Source: an uncultured delta proteobacterium
Lineage (GTDB): Bacteria; Desulfobacterota; Desulfobaccia; Desulfobaccales; 0-14-0-80-60-11
NCBI GenBank assembly: GCA_963812015.1
Contig: CAWETI010000003.1
Coordinates: 416,001 to 480,000, forward strand
Reading direction: 5' to 3'
Length of the DNA stretch: 64,000 nucleotides
Shown here: positions 1 through 9,415 of the stretch, piece by piece
Layout of the letters: each line of letters starts with the position of its first letter
Numbering within the stretch: position 1 is the stretch's first letter
Position numbers and translations under genes: made by a program
The notes under the pieces: generated by a model
What the model was told of the DNA's origin: nothing
The model's input: only the letters and a program-made list of their open reading frames with translations
Databases searched by the model: none

Positions 1-2
1 AG

Positions 3-281
3 CTCGGGAGTTATGACCTGTCGGGCTGTGAGATCTACTCCACCAATGAACCCTGCCCCATGTGCTTTGCGGCGATTCACTGGGCCCGCATCGGCCGGCT
101 GATCTTCGGCACTACCATAGAAGAGGTGGCCCGGCTGGGCTTCAACGAGATGGCCATGGACAGCCAGCAGATGCAGACTCTGGGCCGGAGCCCGGTGGTT
201 ATTTATCCCGGCTTTCTGCTGGCCGAATGCCGGCAGCTCCTGACGACGTGGGACCGGATGCCGGGGCGCCAGGTCTATTGA
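3..281 (+). CDS. Nucleoside/guanine deaminase family protein, 5'-truncated by window edge
   Basis: Frame from nt 3 reads LGSYDLSGCEIYSTNEPCPMCFAAIHWARI; PCxxC zinc motif of cytidine-deaminase fold. Confidence 0.85.
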   Translation, partial: LGSYDLSGCEIYSTNEPCPMCFAAIHWARIGRLIFGTTIEEVARLGFNEMAMDSQQMQTLGRSPVVIYPGFLLAECRQLLTTWDRMPGRQVY

Positions 282-340
282 GGGGACACCGGGTCCAGCC
301 GGCCGCCACCCCCCGAGTCCCGGGAAAACTGCCGGCGGTT

Positions 341-480
341 TACTGTCAAGTTGTGCTCATAGAAGTAAGAAAAGGTTCTTTCCGTGGGGGGCACCTGCGT
401 GTGCGCCATCAATCCGGGCGGACACATGGGTCCGCCCCTACATAAAAATATTACCTAGTGGAGCGCAACCTGGTATAAGT
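341..480. repeat. MITE/REP-like palindromic repeat
   Basis: Imperfect terminal IR (caagttgtgctc / gagcgcaacctgg) enclosing REP-like hairpin gggcggacacatgggtccgccccta. Confidence 0.5.
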
Positions 481-590
481 CGGTTTTCCTTTACGCCTGG
501 AGAGAGAATTTGCTAAACTGGCGGCACGCTATGGCCCAAGTACGGGATTCGGCAAGGTCATAGAGTCCACGTGTGGATGGAGGAAAGGTC

Positions 591-1199
591 ATGAACATAA
601 GCGGAGGTGGGAGGCGCGGCTTGCTGATCCTGGCCGGCTGCCTCATGGTGGGTTTAATTTTGGGAGCCGGGGCGAGCGCCCGGGCAGAAAGGAGTCATCC
701 GTTGGTCAAGCTGGAAACGAGTATGGGAGATATCACCCTGGAGTTGTATCCGGACAAGGCCCCGGCTACCGTGGCCAATTTCCTGGAGTATGTCAAAGCG
801 GGATTTTATAACGGCACTATTTTTCACCGGGTCATCAGTACCTTTATGATCCAGGGCGGCGGTTTGGATGCCCAGATGAATAAGAAGGCGACCCGGGCGC
901 CCATCAAAAATGAAGCCGACAACGGCCTGACCAATGACGCCTATACCGTCGCCATGGCCAGGACCAACAACCCGGATTCGGCCACGGCGCAGTTCTTCAT
1001 CAGTGTGGCCAATAACACCTTTCTCAACCACACCGGGAAGACGCCCCAGGGTTGGGGATATGCGGTGTTCGGCAAGGTGGTCAAGGGCCAAGAGGTAGTG
1101 GATAAGATCAAGGCGGCGCCCACCGCCACGCGGGGCGATTGCGAGAATGTGCCCCAGGAGCCGGTAACCATTACCAAGGCCAGCGTGGTGGAGCAATAG
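591..1199 (+). CDS. ppiA: Cyclophilin-type peptidyl-prolyl cis-trans isomerase with signal peptide
   Basis: FYNGTIFHRVI..FMIQGGG, AMART..PDSATAQFFI, GYAVFGKV motifs; N-terminal hydrophobic signal; RBS ggagg before ATG 591. Confidence 0.92.
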   Translation: MNISGGGRRGLLILAGCLMVGLILGAGASARAERSHPLVKLETSMGDITLELYPDKAPATVANFLEYVKAGFYNGTIFHRVISTFMIQGGGLDAQMNKKATRAPIKNEADNGLTNDAYTVAMARTNNPDSATAQFFISVANNTFLNHTGKTPQGWGYAVFGKVVKGQEVVDKIKAAPTATRGDCENVPQEPVTITKASVVEQ

Positions 1200-1209
1200 G
1201 CGCGAGACT
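1033..1209 (+). repeat. 177-bp direct repeat copy 1 (3' end of cyclophilin gene)
   Basis: Identical to 1948-2124 except one substitution (gaggtagtg vs gaggtggtg). Confidence 0.95.
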
Positions 1210-1605
1210 CCTCTTTATATAGATAGTCGCTAACCGTTCCCCTTTTTTTGGGCAGAAAGGAGTTTTCGACTCCAGACCGCTGGGGAAAAACCATGACCGG
1301 CAAATCCAATTAAGCCGAATTCAAAAAAATAATCATCTATTCACCCTTCCATTAACCAGTATTTTTCATCCACAAAAATCAGTGGATTTCCCTATGGTGC
1401 TCTTCACGGGGCACCATTATAATCCGTATCAGAGATAAGAATTATGGAGCTAGATGAATTACCCAAGTCAACCGGGTTGGTCTATTAATTGAATGAATAA
1501 ATTCTATCAAAGAGGTTTATCAATAAAATTTCTCACCGCCAATTAAGCTTTATTAAGAATAAACAAAAATATCTAATTTAACATGTATCGTAAGGAGGCG
1601 ATATT

Positions 1606-1923
1606 ATGATCAACGTTCAGGTAAAAAATAATGTCCATAATATGTTTTATAAGCAAATTGAGCCCAGACATGTGACTATAAAGTTAATGGATGGGGCCAT
1701 TGTAAGGGGTAAGATTAATTTACTTGCCGAATCTACCCAAGATTTTGGGATGATAGATAAGCATGATAATGAGATGGGAATTTTTTATCAAAGAGTGAGC
1801 GATCTCTTTACGGCTGGTCGAAACCCCTTTATAGTGGTGTTCGACGCGACTGCCGATTGTCAGGATAGCAAGGTATTTATCATCAATAAATTAAATATTT
1901 CCTGGGTCGCTCCGGAAGATTAG
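1606..1923 (+). CDS. Small hypothetical protein in AT-rich islet
   Basis: 105 aa ORF, strong RBS aaggagg, lower GC than flanks, lies between the two 177-bp repeats. Confidence 0.75.
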   Translation: MINVQVKNNVHNMFYKQIEPRHVTIKLMDGAIVRGKINLLAESTQDFGMIDKHDNEMGIFYQRVSDLFTAGRNPFIVVFDATADCQDSKVFIINKLNISWVAPED

Positions 1924-1947
1924 AGCAACTTCTCCAGGAACACATCT

Positions 1948-2124
1948 CCGGGAAGACGCCCCAGGGTTGGGGATATGCGGTGTTCGGCAAGGTGGTCAAG
2001 GGCCAAGAGGTGGTGGATAAGATCAAGGCGGCGCCCACCGCCACGCGGGGCGATTGCGAGAATGTGCCCCAGGAGCCGGTAACCATTACCAAGGCCAGCG
2101 TGGTGGAGCAATAGGCGCGAGACT
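1948..2124 (+). repeat. 177-bp direct repeat copy 2 (orphan cyclophilin 3' fragment)
   Basis: Encodes GKTPQGWGYAVFGK...VVEQ* with no start codon. Confidence 0.95.
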
Positions 2125-2147
2125 TCCCCTCTAACAGAGCTAAGAGA

Positions 2148-2330
2148 TATAGCGTTTGCCAAAAATTTCTTCTGATTGCCGGTTTTTTAAATCCCCCTAA
2201 ATCCCCCTTTTTCAAAGGGGGACTTTCAAAGGAATTTCGCTAAGTTCCTCCCTTGGTAAAAGGGAGGGAGGGGGGATTTGGGTTCTTGGAGCATGTGTCA
2301 TAATGGAAAAAACTTTTGGCATTTCCTCTA
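2148..2330. repeat. MITE-like repeat, related inverted copy at 56150-56320
   Basis: Ends atagcgtttgccaaaaattt / aaaaacttttggcatttcct; internal cccctttttcaaaggggg hairpins; same ends in reverse at 56150-56320. Confidence 0.65.
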
Positions 2331-2385
2331 AGTGCAAGGGCGGACCCCCAGGTCCGCCCTTTTTTGGTGGAGGGCAGCCAAGTCT

Positions 2386-3285
2386 TCAGGTGCGGGGCTT
2401 AACCCGGGAACCGTAGCGGTTGGCGTAGACCTGGGTAATTTCGGCGCCGAGGAGAAAAACCTGGGCGGAATAGTAGACCCACATGAGGATAATGGCCAGG
2501 GAACTGGCGGCCCCGTAGGCCGACCGGATGGTGCTGCGGGCCAGATACATGCCGAAGAGGAATTTGCCCAGGGTAAAGAGGATGGCGGTGATGGCCGACC
2601 CGACCCAGACATCGGCCCAGGCGATTTTCACATCGGGGAGAACTTTGTAGACCACGGCGAACAGGAGGGTAATCAGGAGGAAGGATAGGGCGAAATCGCC
2701 CGCCTGGATGAAAAATGGCGGCACCGGCAACAGGTTTTGGAAGAATCGGGTTACCAAGGACAGGACGATGCTGAGGGTGAAGGATAAGACCAGGAGGAGT
2801 CCGACGATCAGGATCATGGCGAATGACAGCAACCGCTCCTTAACCAGATTCCAGAGGGAGGACCTGGAGTTCGGTTTGGCGCCCCACATGATGTTGAGGG
2901 CACGTTTGAGCATGACAAAGGCGCTGGTTGAACCGACCAAGAGGACAGTGATGCCGATGATGCTGGCCCCCAGGCCCGTACCGGGCCGATAGGCGTGTTT
3001 AATCATCATCTTGACGGCGGCCGCCCCTTGGGGCCCGATTAATTCGTGGACCCGCCGTAAGATTTCCCCCTGCATGGTTTTCTCGCCGAGGATAAAGCCG
3101 AAAACGGCAATAACGACGATGAGGAGGGGGGCCAGGGAAAATGTGGTGTAAAAGGCCAGGGCGGCCCCCAGGGTCATGGCCCGGTCTTTGATCCAGTTAT
3201 GGTAAGTCTCGGTGAGAAAACCCCAGGCGGGCCTTACCTGAGGCGGCTTTTTCTGGGGGCCGGACACCGGCGGCTCGTGAGGCAT
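2386..3285 (-). CDS. YihY/virulence factor BrkB family membrane protein
   Basis: GAALAFYTTFSLAP, multiple TM helices, YGAASSLAIILMWVYYSAQVFLLGAE. Confidence 0.9.
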   Translation of the reverse strand: MPHEPPVSGPQKKPPQVRPAWGFLTETYHNWIKDRAMTLGAALAFYTTFSLAPLLIVVIAVFGFILGEKTMQGEILRRVHELIGPQGAAAVKMMIKHAYRPGTGLGASIIGITVLLVGSTSAFVMLKRALNIMWGAKPNSRSSLWNLVKERLLSFAMILIVGLLLVLSFTLSIVLSLVTRFFQNLLPVPPFFIQAGDFALSFLLITLLFAVVYKVLPDVKIAWADVWVGSAITAILFTLGKFLFGMYLARSTIRSAYGAASSLAIILMWVYYSAQVFLLGAEITQVYANRYGSRVKPRT

Positions 3286-3324
3286 GGTGGGGTTACCTTC
3301 CCGGGTTTTGACCCGCTACGGTGC

Positions 3325-3619
3325 TTATGCGCCGATGATTTTCACCAGCACCCGTTTGCGGCGGCTACCGTCAAACTCGCCGTAGAAGATCTGCTCCCAG
3401 GGTCCGAAATCCAGCTTGCCCCGGGTGACGGCCACCACCACCTCCCGCCCCATGATCTGCCGCTTCATATGGGCGTCGGCGTTATCCTCCCCGACGTTGT
3501 GGCGATACTGGGACACGGGGGCGTGGGGGAGCCAGCTTTTCCAGCCAGACCTCGTAGTCGTGATGCAAGCCGGCCTCATCGTCATTGATAAAGACGCTGG
3601 CGGTGATGTGCATGGCATT
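3325..3619 (-). pseudogene. yjbQ: 3' half of split YjbQ/UPF0047 gene (also +1 frameshift in C-run near 3525)
   Basis: [15 protein letters not shown]...[11 protein letters not shown]...[28 protein letters not shown]-terminal half at 44461-44585. Confidence 0.9.
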
Positions 3620-5310
3620 TACTAAGTATATTATCTTTAACCTTTGATTCCTCCCCGAACATCGCAGGGTTGGCATCAAGCATGACCCTCGAAATGCTTG
3701 ATGCCAACTTCCCGTCATCCTTCCTCACATACAGGTCTTCATCCGCCAGCGTGAAGAAGGCCCCGCTCCGGGCCTCCACCCATCCCCTGACGGCCCCCAG
3801 CTTCCCGTAGGCCTCGAATTTGTAGCGCCTGGGCCTTGCCCCCCAGGTCCTGGACATAGATGCCGTAGCGCCGCCCGGCCTCATCCTTGCCGCCGAAGAA
3901 CAGCCTTATGATTTTCTTTTGGTACTCGAAGGGGAGCTGATGCAGGGCGGCGCCGCTTTCCAGATAAGAAAAATTTTGCCGCGCCAAGAGTTGGGCCCAC
4001 ATTTCCCGCCTGTCCTCGATCTCCCGGTCAGTGGGCAGGGTGGCGAGGCGGTATTTAAGACCGGCGATCTGGTCCTTCAAGCCCTTCGACCGGGACTCAA
4101 GCTCGATCACCCTGGGCATTATGCGCTCCATAAATGGGGCAACGTTCTCGGTGGTGCCTATTGCGGTAACGTAGCCCTCAAGCTGCCTCTCCACTTGGGC
4201 CAATTCATCCTGTTTCGATTCCAGATCCTCCTGGTACTTGTCCGCCACCTTCCCCAAAGGGTGCCCGTCGAACACGGCCCGCTGCAGGCTGGCCTTGCTC
4301 CCCAGGGCCAGGTAGAGCTCCTCCAGCACTGCCTTTTCCAAGACGTCGGCGTTGACCTGGTAGCGGGGCCTCTTGGCTCCTTGGTAGGGCTTATAATATC
4401 TTTTGCCCATGGCGTTGCAGGTTCCGGTCAGGGCTTTTCCGGTATCCGCATCGAATATCACCCTGGCGAACAGGTAGGGGTGCTTCTGGCCCTTCTTGTC
4501 CCAGGAATTGCGCTCCCCGGACTTTTTCCTGATGGCCATGATGGTTTCTTCCGGTAGGAGGCGAGGGACCTTGGTAATCACGGTTTCATCTATGCCATGC
4601 CGCTTTGAAACGAACCGTTGCTCCCATTCATCGCCACAGCGGTGGCACAGAATCTTCTGCAGGTTGGAGCCGTTCATGCCATGCGCCGGCCCCAGGTAAT
4701 TCCACGAGTTATCACCCTCAAGATAAAGCCGGGCCAACTTCTGGAGTTTGATATGTTTTTGCTCGTCAATGCCTCAGGCCCCGTTGTTGAAGGTGCGCCC
4801 GTAAGGGAGTTTGCCGGAGGCGGGCTGGCCCCGCTGCGCCCTGTTGATGCGGCTCAGGATGGATTTGTAGGATTGCTGGGAGGAGAAGAACTCAGCTGCT
4901 TCTACGCCTATACCGACCACAAAGGCTTGAACAGGGTCAAACAGGTTTATCTGCCGGGCACCCTCAAAGAACCTGATACCCGATTTTTGTAAGACCCTGA
5001 TGTGCTGCTTAGATTTTCCGTTATCCCGGCTCCACCTGGATAAATCGGCCACCATCACGGCATCGAACTGCCGGGCTTGGGCGTCCGCCATCAGCTGCTC
5101 CAGGATTCCCCTTTCATAATCCGGGGTGGCGTGCTCCTGGCCAGCATACCATTTGAAAACTTCTCCACCCAGGGTTTCTATGGCCCTGGTTAGCTGTTCC
5201 CTCTGGACACGCAGGGATTCCCCCTGGCGCTCTTGGGCTTCCGTGCTGACCCGGATCAGGGGCGCGAAAAGCAACTTTTTTTCCTGGTTTCCGGTGTCCG
5301 GTTTTATCAT
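3582..5310 (-). pseudogene. Large serine recombinase (integrase); in-frame TGA at 4774-4776 and +1 frameshift near 3835
   Basis: RVST catalytic motif, DLSRWSR, PYG, coiled coil; ORFs 5310-4774 and 4737-3739 are in the same frame; C-terminal part continues in ORF 3884-3582. Confidence 0.85.
3596..3642. other. Left att junction (core TT 3618-3619)
   Basis: yjbQ sequence ends at core; element arm 3620-3642 is an imperfect inverted repeat of 44438-44460. Confidence 0.8.
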
Positions 5311-5466
5311 GGGCAGAGCCTCCTATTTAATTTTAACCCGAAACCCGGTTTGGCCCTGGGGAAATATCTCACCTGAACAAACGCCATAACGCCCGCCCGG
5401 CCATCTTCCCCACCAGCCGCCGTTCGATCCGCTTCCCCACGGCCGTGAGGCCTTTCTCAACGGCCC

Positions 5467-5946
5467 CTAAATCTTCCCCTGCATTTTCTGTAAGGACTTT
5501 TGGCAATGGGGGCACCAATCCCCTTGGGAGCCGTCTTCGATATATGCCTTATGCACCTCCCAGCCCCTACATTGAGGACATTGCTTGAGCCTGTCCAGAC
5601 GCTCTTGCAGGGCCTTCTCCACCTGGCGTGCCACGTCCTCGGGGTCGAAGAGGTGTCCGCAAAAGCGACATTTTTGAGCTTCAAGTTTGATCATCTCGGC
5701 ACACATAGAGCATTTCTTGGTCTCCTGGTCTATGGAGATCTCGCCGGCTGAAGCGCCGTTAGCTACCGCAGGGGAGGAGAGGTTGCCCGGCTCGGGTTTG
5801 GGGAGCAGAAGAGCAAAGATTAATCCAAAGGGGCCCAGGAGAAAGCCTAAGGCGAACCAGCCGCAACTACTTCTCCCCTTATTGCTGGCGGCCTCGGTGG
5901 CGGCAACTCCAAAAAGAATCCAGATCACTAAGATTCCAAATATCAT
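5467..5946 (-). CDS. Membrane protein with zinc-ribbon (CxxC) repeats
   Basis: Two N-terminal TM helices (KGRS..GWF.LG.LLGP), four CxxC motifs. Confidence 0.75.
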   Translation of the reverse strand: MIFGILVIWILFGVAATEAASNKGRSSCGWFALGFLLGPFGLIFALLLPKPEPGNLSSPAVANGASAGEISIDQETKKCSMCAEMIKLEAQKCRFCGHLFDPEDVARQVEKALQERLDRLKQCPQCRGWEVHKAYIEDGSQGDWCPHCQKSLQKMQGKI

Positions 5947-5987
5947 AATCCCTCGCAGTGCACCTGGCCGGCCTGCTTTATTGCCGC

Positions 5988-6164
5988 CTATAACTTTTCA
6001 TCTCGCTTTAAAAAGGCCTCCAAGTCGCTTTCCCGCACCCGCCACATGCGGGGTCCAGCCTTCAAGCCCTTCAACCTCCCGGTCCGCAGCCACTCCCTCA
6101 CGGTCTCGACCCTCACTTTGAGAATTTTGGCTGCATCTTCAGGGGTAAGCAGGTTTTCTGTCAT
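5988..6164 (-). CDS. Excisionase-like HTH_17 DNA-binding protein (possible RDF)
   Basis: Manual translation MTENLLTPEDAAKILKVRVETVREWLRTGRLKGLKAGPRMWRVRESDLEAFL; not in ORF track (<60 aa). Confidence 0.85.
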   Translation of the reverse strand: MTENLLTPEDAAKILKVRVETVREWLRTGRLKGLKAGPRMWRVRESDLEAFLKRDEKL

Positions 6165-6504
6165 AACGTCACCTTACATATGTTTATATAATATTATACC
6201 TGTCTATATGGAAAGTAAAAGGTTTTATTGGGGCTGGAAGGGAAAAAAGAGTCGATGACCTTCTGTTGAATTGGCACCCTTGGCGGAGCTTGTTAAAGGC
6301 ACCAAAAAAGAAAAGCGGCCCGGAGGCCGCTGGGGGTAAGGCAAATGACTTAGGCCGTCGGCCTATTTGATCGCCACCAGGAATCCGACAATGATGATAA
6401 GGCTCGAGAGGACGGGAACGAAGCAACCCATGGCCGACCCGAATTTGCGCTGCCGCCCAGACCTGGTTAAAGGTATTCCGATCTTCCGGCTGATTCTCCC
6501 CTTG

Positions 6505-6657
6505 TGACCTGCCCCCAGTAGTTGTACCAAGTTTTAAGTTAGGATGGGGGTCAAGTCAAGCCAGAGATCCTGGCTCCGCTATGCTCCGCCAGGATCTCTG
6601 GCTTGACTTGGCCCCAACTCTAACTTAAGTTCTGGTATAATCCGTGGGGGCAGGCCA
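6505..6657. mobile_element. Palindromic MITE-like unit made of two IS3 right ends fused at a hairpin
   Basis: TGACCTGCCCCC...GGGGGCAGGCCA; left arm is exact reverse complement of 31328-31379. Confidence 0.75.
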
Positions 6658-6718
6658 CTGGGACGAAGCGACAAGGGGTCGGCCGGACGACGCCGGAGGG
6701 GGCGCCGACCGGGCCGGC

Positions 6719-8293
6719 TTAACTGAGAGCACTCGGCGAGGGAGGCTGAAGCTTTGCCGGGGGCCGTGAGGCTGCCTTCGAGGCCGCCGGTTGGGTCACC
6801 TTGACAGAGGCCGAGGTCGATTCGCAACTGGCCCGCTCCTGCCCATCTGACTTTAGGGGTACGGTCAGTATGACCCGGGTAACCTGCCCGGGGGGCGAGT
6901 CGATCTCCATACGGCCGCCGAAATAGTTCAAACGTTCCCGGATGCTGAACAGGCCGAACCCTTCTACTTTGCCGGACGCAGCGGAGAGCTTCTCTGGAGC
7001 AAATCCAACCCCGTCATCCTCCACGACTACCCGTAAATAATTACCGTCCCGGCGCATGCGCACTTTGGCGCAGCTTGCCTGGGCATGCTTGAGCACGTTG
7101 AACAGCAATTCGCGCACCGCCCTGAAGAGAAGCACCCGGACTTCATTATCCAGATCTTTGGAACGATCATCATCCTCGACTTCCACCGCCAGGCCATACT
7201 GCTCCTGCATATGCTCCCCCAGCCATTCCATGGTGGCCTCGAACCCCACATCGTAGAGGATGGGGGGGCTGAGTTCGAAGATCAACGACCGGGTGTATCG
7301 GATTGATTCATCAATCAACTTCCGGATTTCTTCTAGGGGCTTGGCAAAGCTGCGATAGAGAGTCGATCCCTGCATTTTTTCGAATTTGCCCTTGGCCAAT
7401 ACCAGCAACTGGGCAATATGATCGTGGAGCGCCGTAGCCAAGCGGCGCCGTTCCCGTTCTTCGGTCAAAGACAGTTCCGAGGCCAGGGATTGCAGCTGTT
7501 CCTGATAGGTGCGAATCTTTTCCTCGCTCTCCCGTCGTTCGGTAATGTCCTCAAACAAGGCGATGACAAATTGTGGTTTTCCCCCCGCATCCCGCACCAG
7601 GGAAATTGACTGCCGCCCCCAGCCGACCCAGCCGTCTTTACGGACATAGCGGGTCTCCAGCCGACAAACATTCTGTTGCCCCGAGAGCAATTGCTGAAAA
7701 GTCGCCCGGCTCAACTCGGCATTCTCCGTCGGGTTGATCCGGGTGAAGTCCAAGCCGCGCAATTCTTCTGATGCATAACCCAGCATGGCCGACAGAGCCG
7801 GGTTCCCCTCAATTACCTGTCCCCGCTTGTCAATGAGGGCTATGCCGATGGCAGCTTCCCGAATAATGGTCCGGAACCGGGACTCACTTTCCAGCAAGGC
7901 CTTTTCCACCCGCCGCCTTTCGGCAATTTCCTGGCGCATCTCTTGGTTGGCCTTTTCCAGTTCAAAGGTCCGGGCTCCGAGCTTTTCCCCCAATTTGACG
8001 TTTTCCCGGCCAAAATCCCGGATGAGTGTCTGGTATTTCACTAAGATGAGATAGGCACAAATAGTCGCCAGAGCGCAACCCAAAATAGCCAGGTAGACAT
8101 TCGAGAGAACCCCGGCGCTTTGAGGTATAACAACTTCCCTGAATAACTGAAAGAGGGAAAAGGCGATAATTGCCTGCAAACTGACCATAATCACCCAGGT
8201 AACCCAGTTATTGACCGTACCTTCGCCCTTATTGGCACTTTTAGATGCGATCCTGGGAGCCGGTTCACCCTCGAAGATTTTCGCAGAGTTCAT
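6719..8293 (-). CDS. Membrane PAS sensor histidine kinase (NarX/NreB-like, HisKA_3)
   Basis: 2 TM, PAS, EERERRRLATALHD phospho-His box, ELLFNVLKHA, DDGVGF, GFGL. Confidence 0.9.
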   Translation of the reverse strand: MNSAKIFEGEPAPRIASKSANKGEGTVNNWVTWVIMVSLQAIIAFSLFQLFREVVIPQSAGVLSNVYLAILGCALATICAYLILVKYQTLIRDFGRENVKLGEKLGARTFELEKANQEMRQEIAERRRVEKALLESESRFRTIIREAAIGIALIDKRGQVIEGNPALSAMLGYASEELRGLDFTRINPTENAELSRATFQQLLSGQQNVCRLETRYVRKDGWVGWGRQSISLVRDAGGKPQFVIALFEDITERRESEEKIRTYQEQLQSLASELSLTEERERRRLATALHDHIAQLLVLAKGKFEKMQGSTLYRSFAKPLEEIRKLIDESIRYTRSLIFELSPPILYDVGFEATMEWLGEHMQEQYGLAVEVEDDDRSKDLDNEVRVLLFRAVRELLFNVLKHAQASCAKVRMRRDGNYLRVVVEDDGVGFAPEKLSAASGKVEGFGLFSIRERLNYFGGRMEIDSPPGQVTRVILTVPLKSDGQERASCESTSASVKVTQPAASKAASRPPAKLQPPSPSALS

Positions 8294-9415
8294 AGACCAC
8301 CATCCTTTCCCCGTTTGAATATACCTGCAGATTATTACTTTCCAGCCCCTTTACTCTGCCATTTTTGTCCCGAAACGGAATTAGGTATTCCCTGAAACTG
8401 GAGTTCGGAAACCCCTAATTTACTTTGTTAAAATTTTTAGGTGCTCTTCCTGATGACCTGAAGGTGCATTCCTTTCGACCATGGCCTGTCCCGGGGTGTA
8501 GATCGGTCTAAATGCTGATAATGCAGGTCCAGGAGCCACCCTTGCATAAAGAACCGGGTGAGTAAGGAGTTCCGCCCCCGACCAGGCATTTTACGGAGAG
8601 GTTAAGCCTGCGCTCTGGGCGCAATAACCATGGAACCCCTACCCGCACGGGGGTGGGGACAATGGAAGCCCAAAAAAGTCAGAGAAAGCAGGGGGGCCGG
8701 CTAACAAAGAGCACGTACGGCAAAACTATCAAAGCTTTTTGGGAGTACGCAATATAGTGGACATTTAACCAGGCTGTAGGAAAAAGCTCTTTGAATCTGT
8801 CGCGATCATTTTTGAATTGGTAGTATAAAATATTTTATGATTATAGATTATAAGTTATTAAGAATAATAATAATAATAAATAGTTTTAGTATTAGTAATA
8901 GGCTTATGAATATATTGTGGATAGATATAACATATTGCGGGATATTCTTTTTTAATAGTAAATAATATTATACATAATAATGATCTTCAGTAAGGTACCT
9001 TTAGTTATTATAATATAACCATACTGATTAAGGCACCAATAGCTGTCAATACAATTATTTTCCCTCTGAGGATTGCGTTTCCTCCTCACATTATTTCTTC
9101 CATTACCTATTATAAGTTTCATTAAATGAATCATCCTCCAATCAGCTGCCCGATGAGGCCTCGAAATACCTTTCATGTAAGGAAGTTTTTATATAAATTC
9201 ACTTACCTGTGGCAAATAAAAAGATTGATGGATCAATTAACGGTAACATGCTCATTCTCAAAACAGGATTTTCGAACCTCGAAATCATAGTTTCCCTGAT
9301 TCATATCGAAAGTATTTTCCCCTATGCTCGAGAATACGCCCACAAAGAGTACGGAATGATCGAAAAATATTTTGCTCCTCCTGGCGTGGGACGCCATAAT
9401 CTGGAGACACGATTT

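Noticed and set aside
1033..2124. DGR template/variable repeat pair
   Set aside because: Only one synonymous mismatch and no reverse transcriptase in the window
4774..4776. Selenocysteine read-through in the integrase
   Set aside because: Context fits Trp (TGG to TGA), not a redox Cys; no SECIS recognised
8820..9060. Very AT-rich tract with AATAAT repeats
   Set aside because: Looks like a low-complexity promoter region between divergent genes; no defined structure
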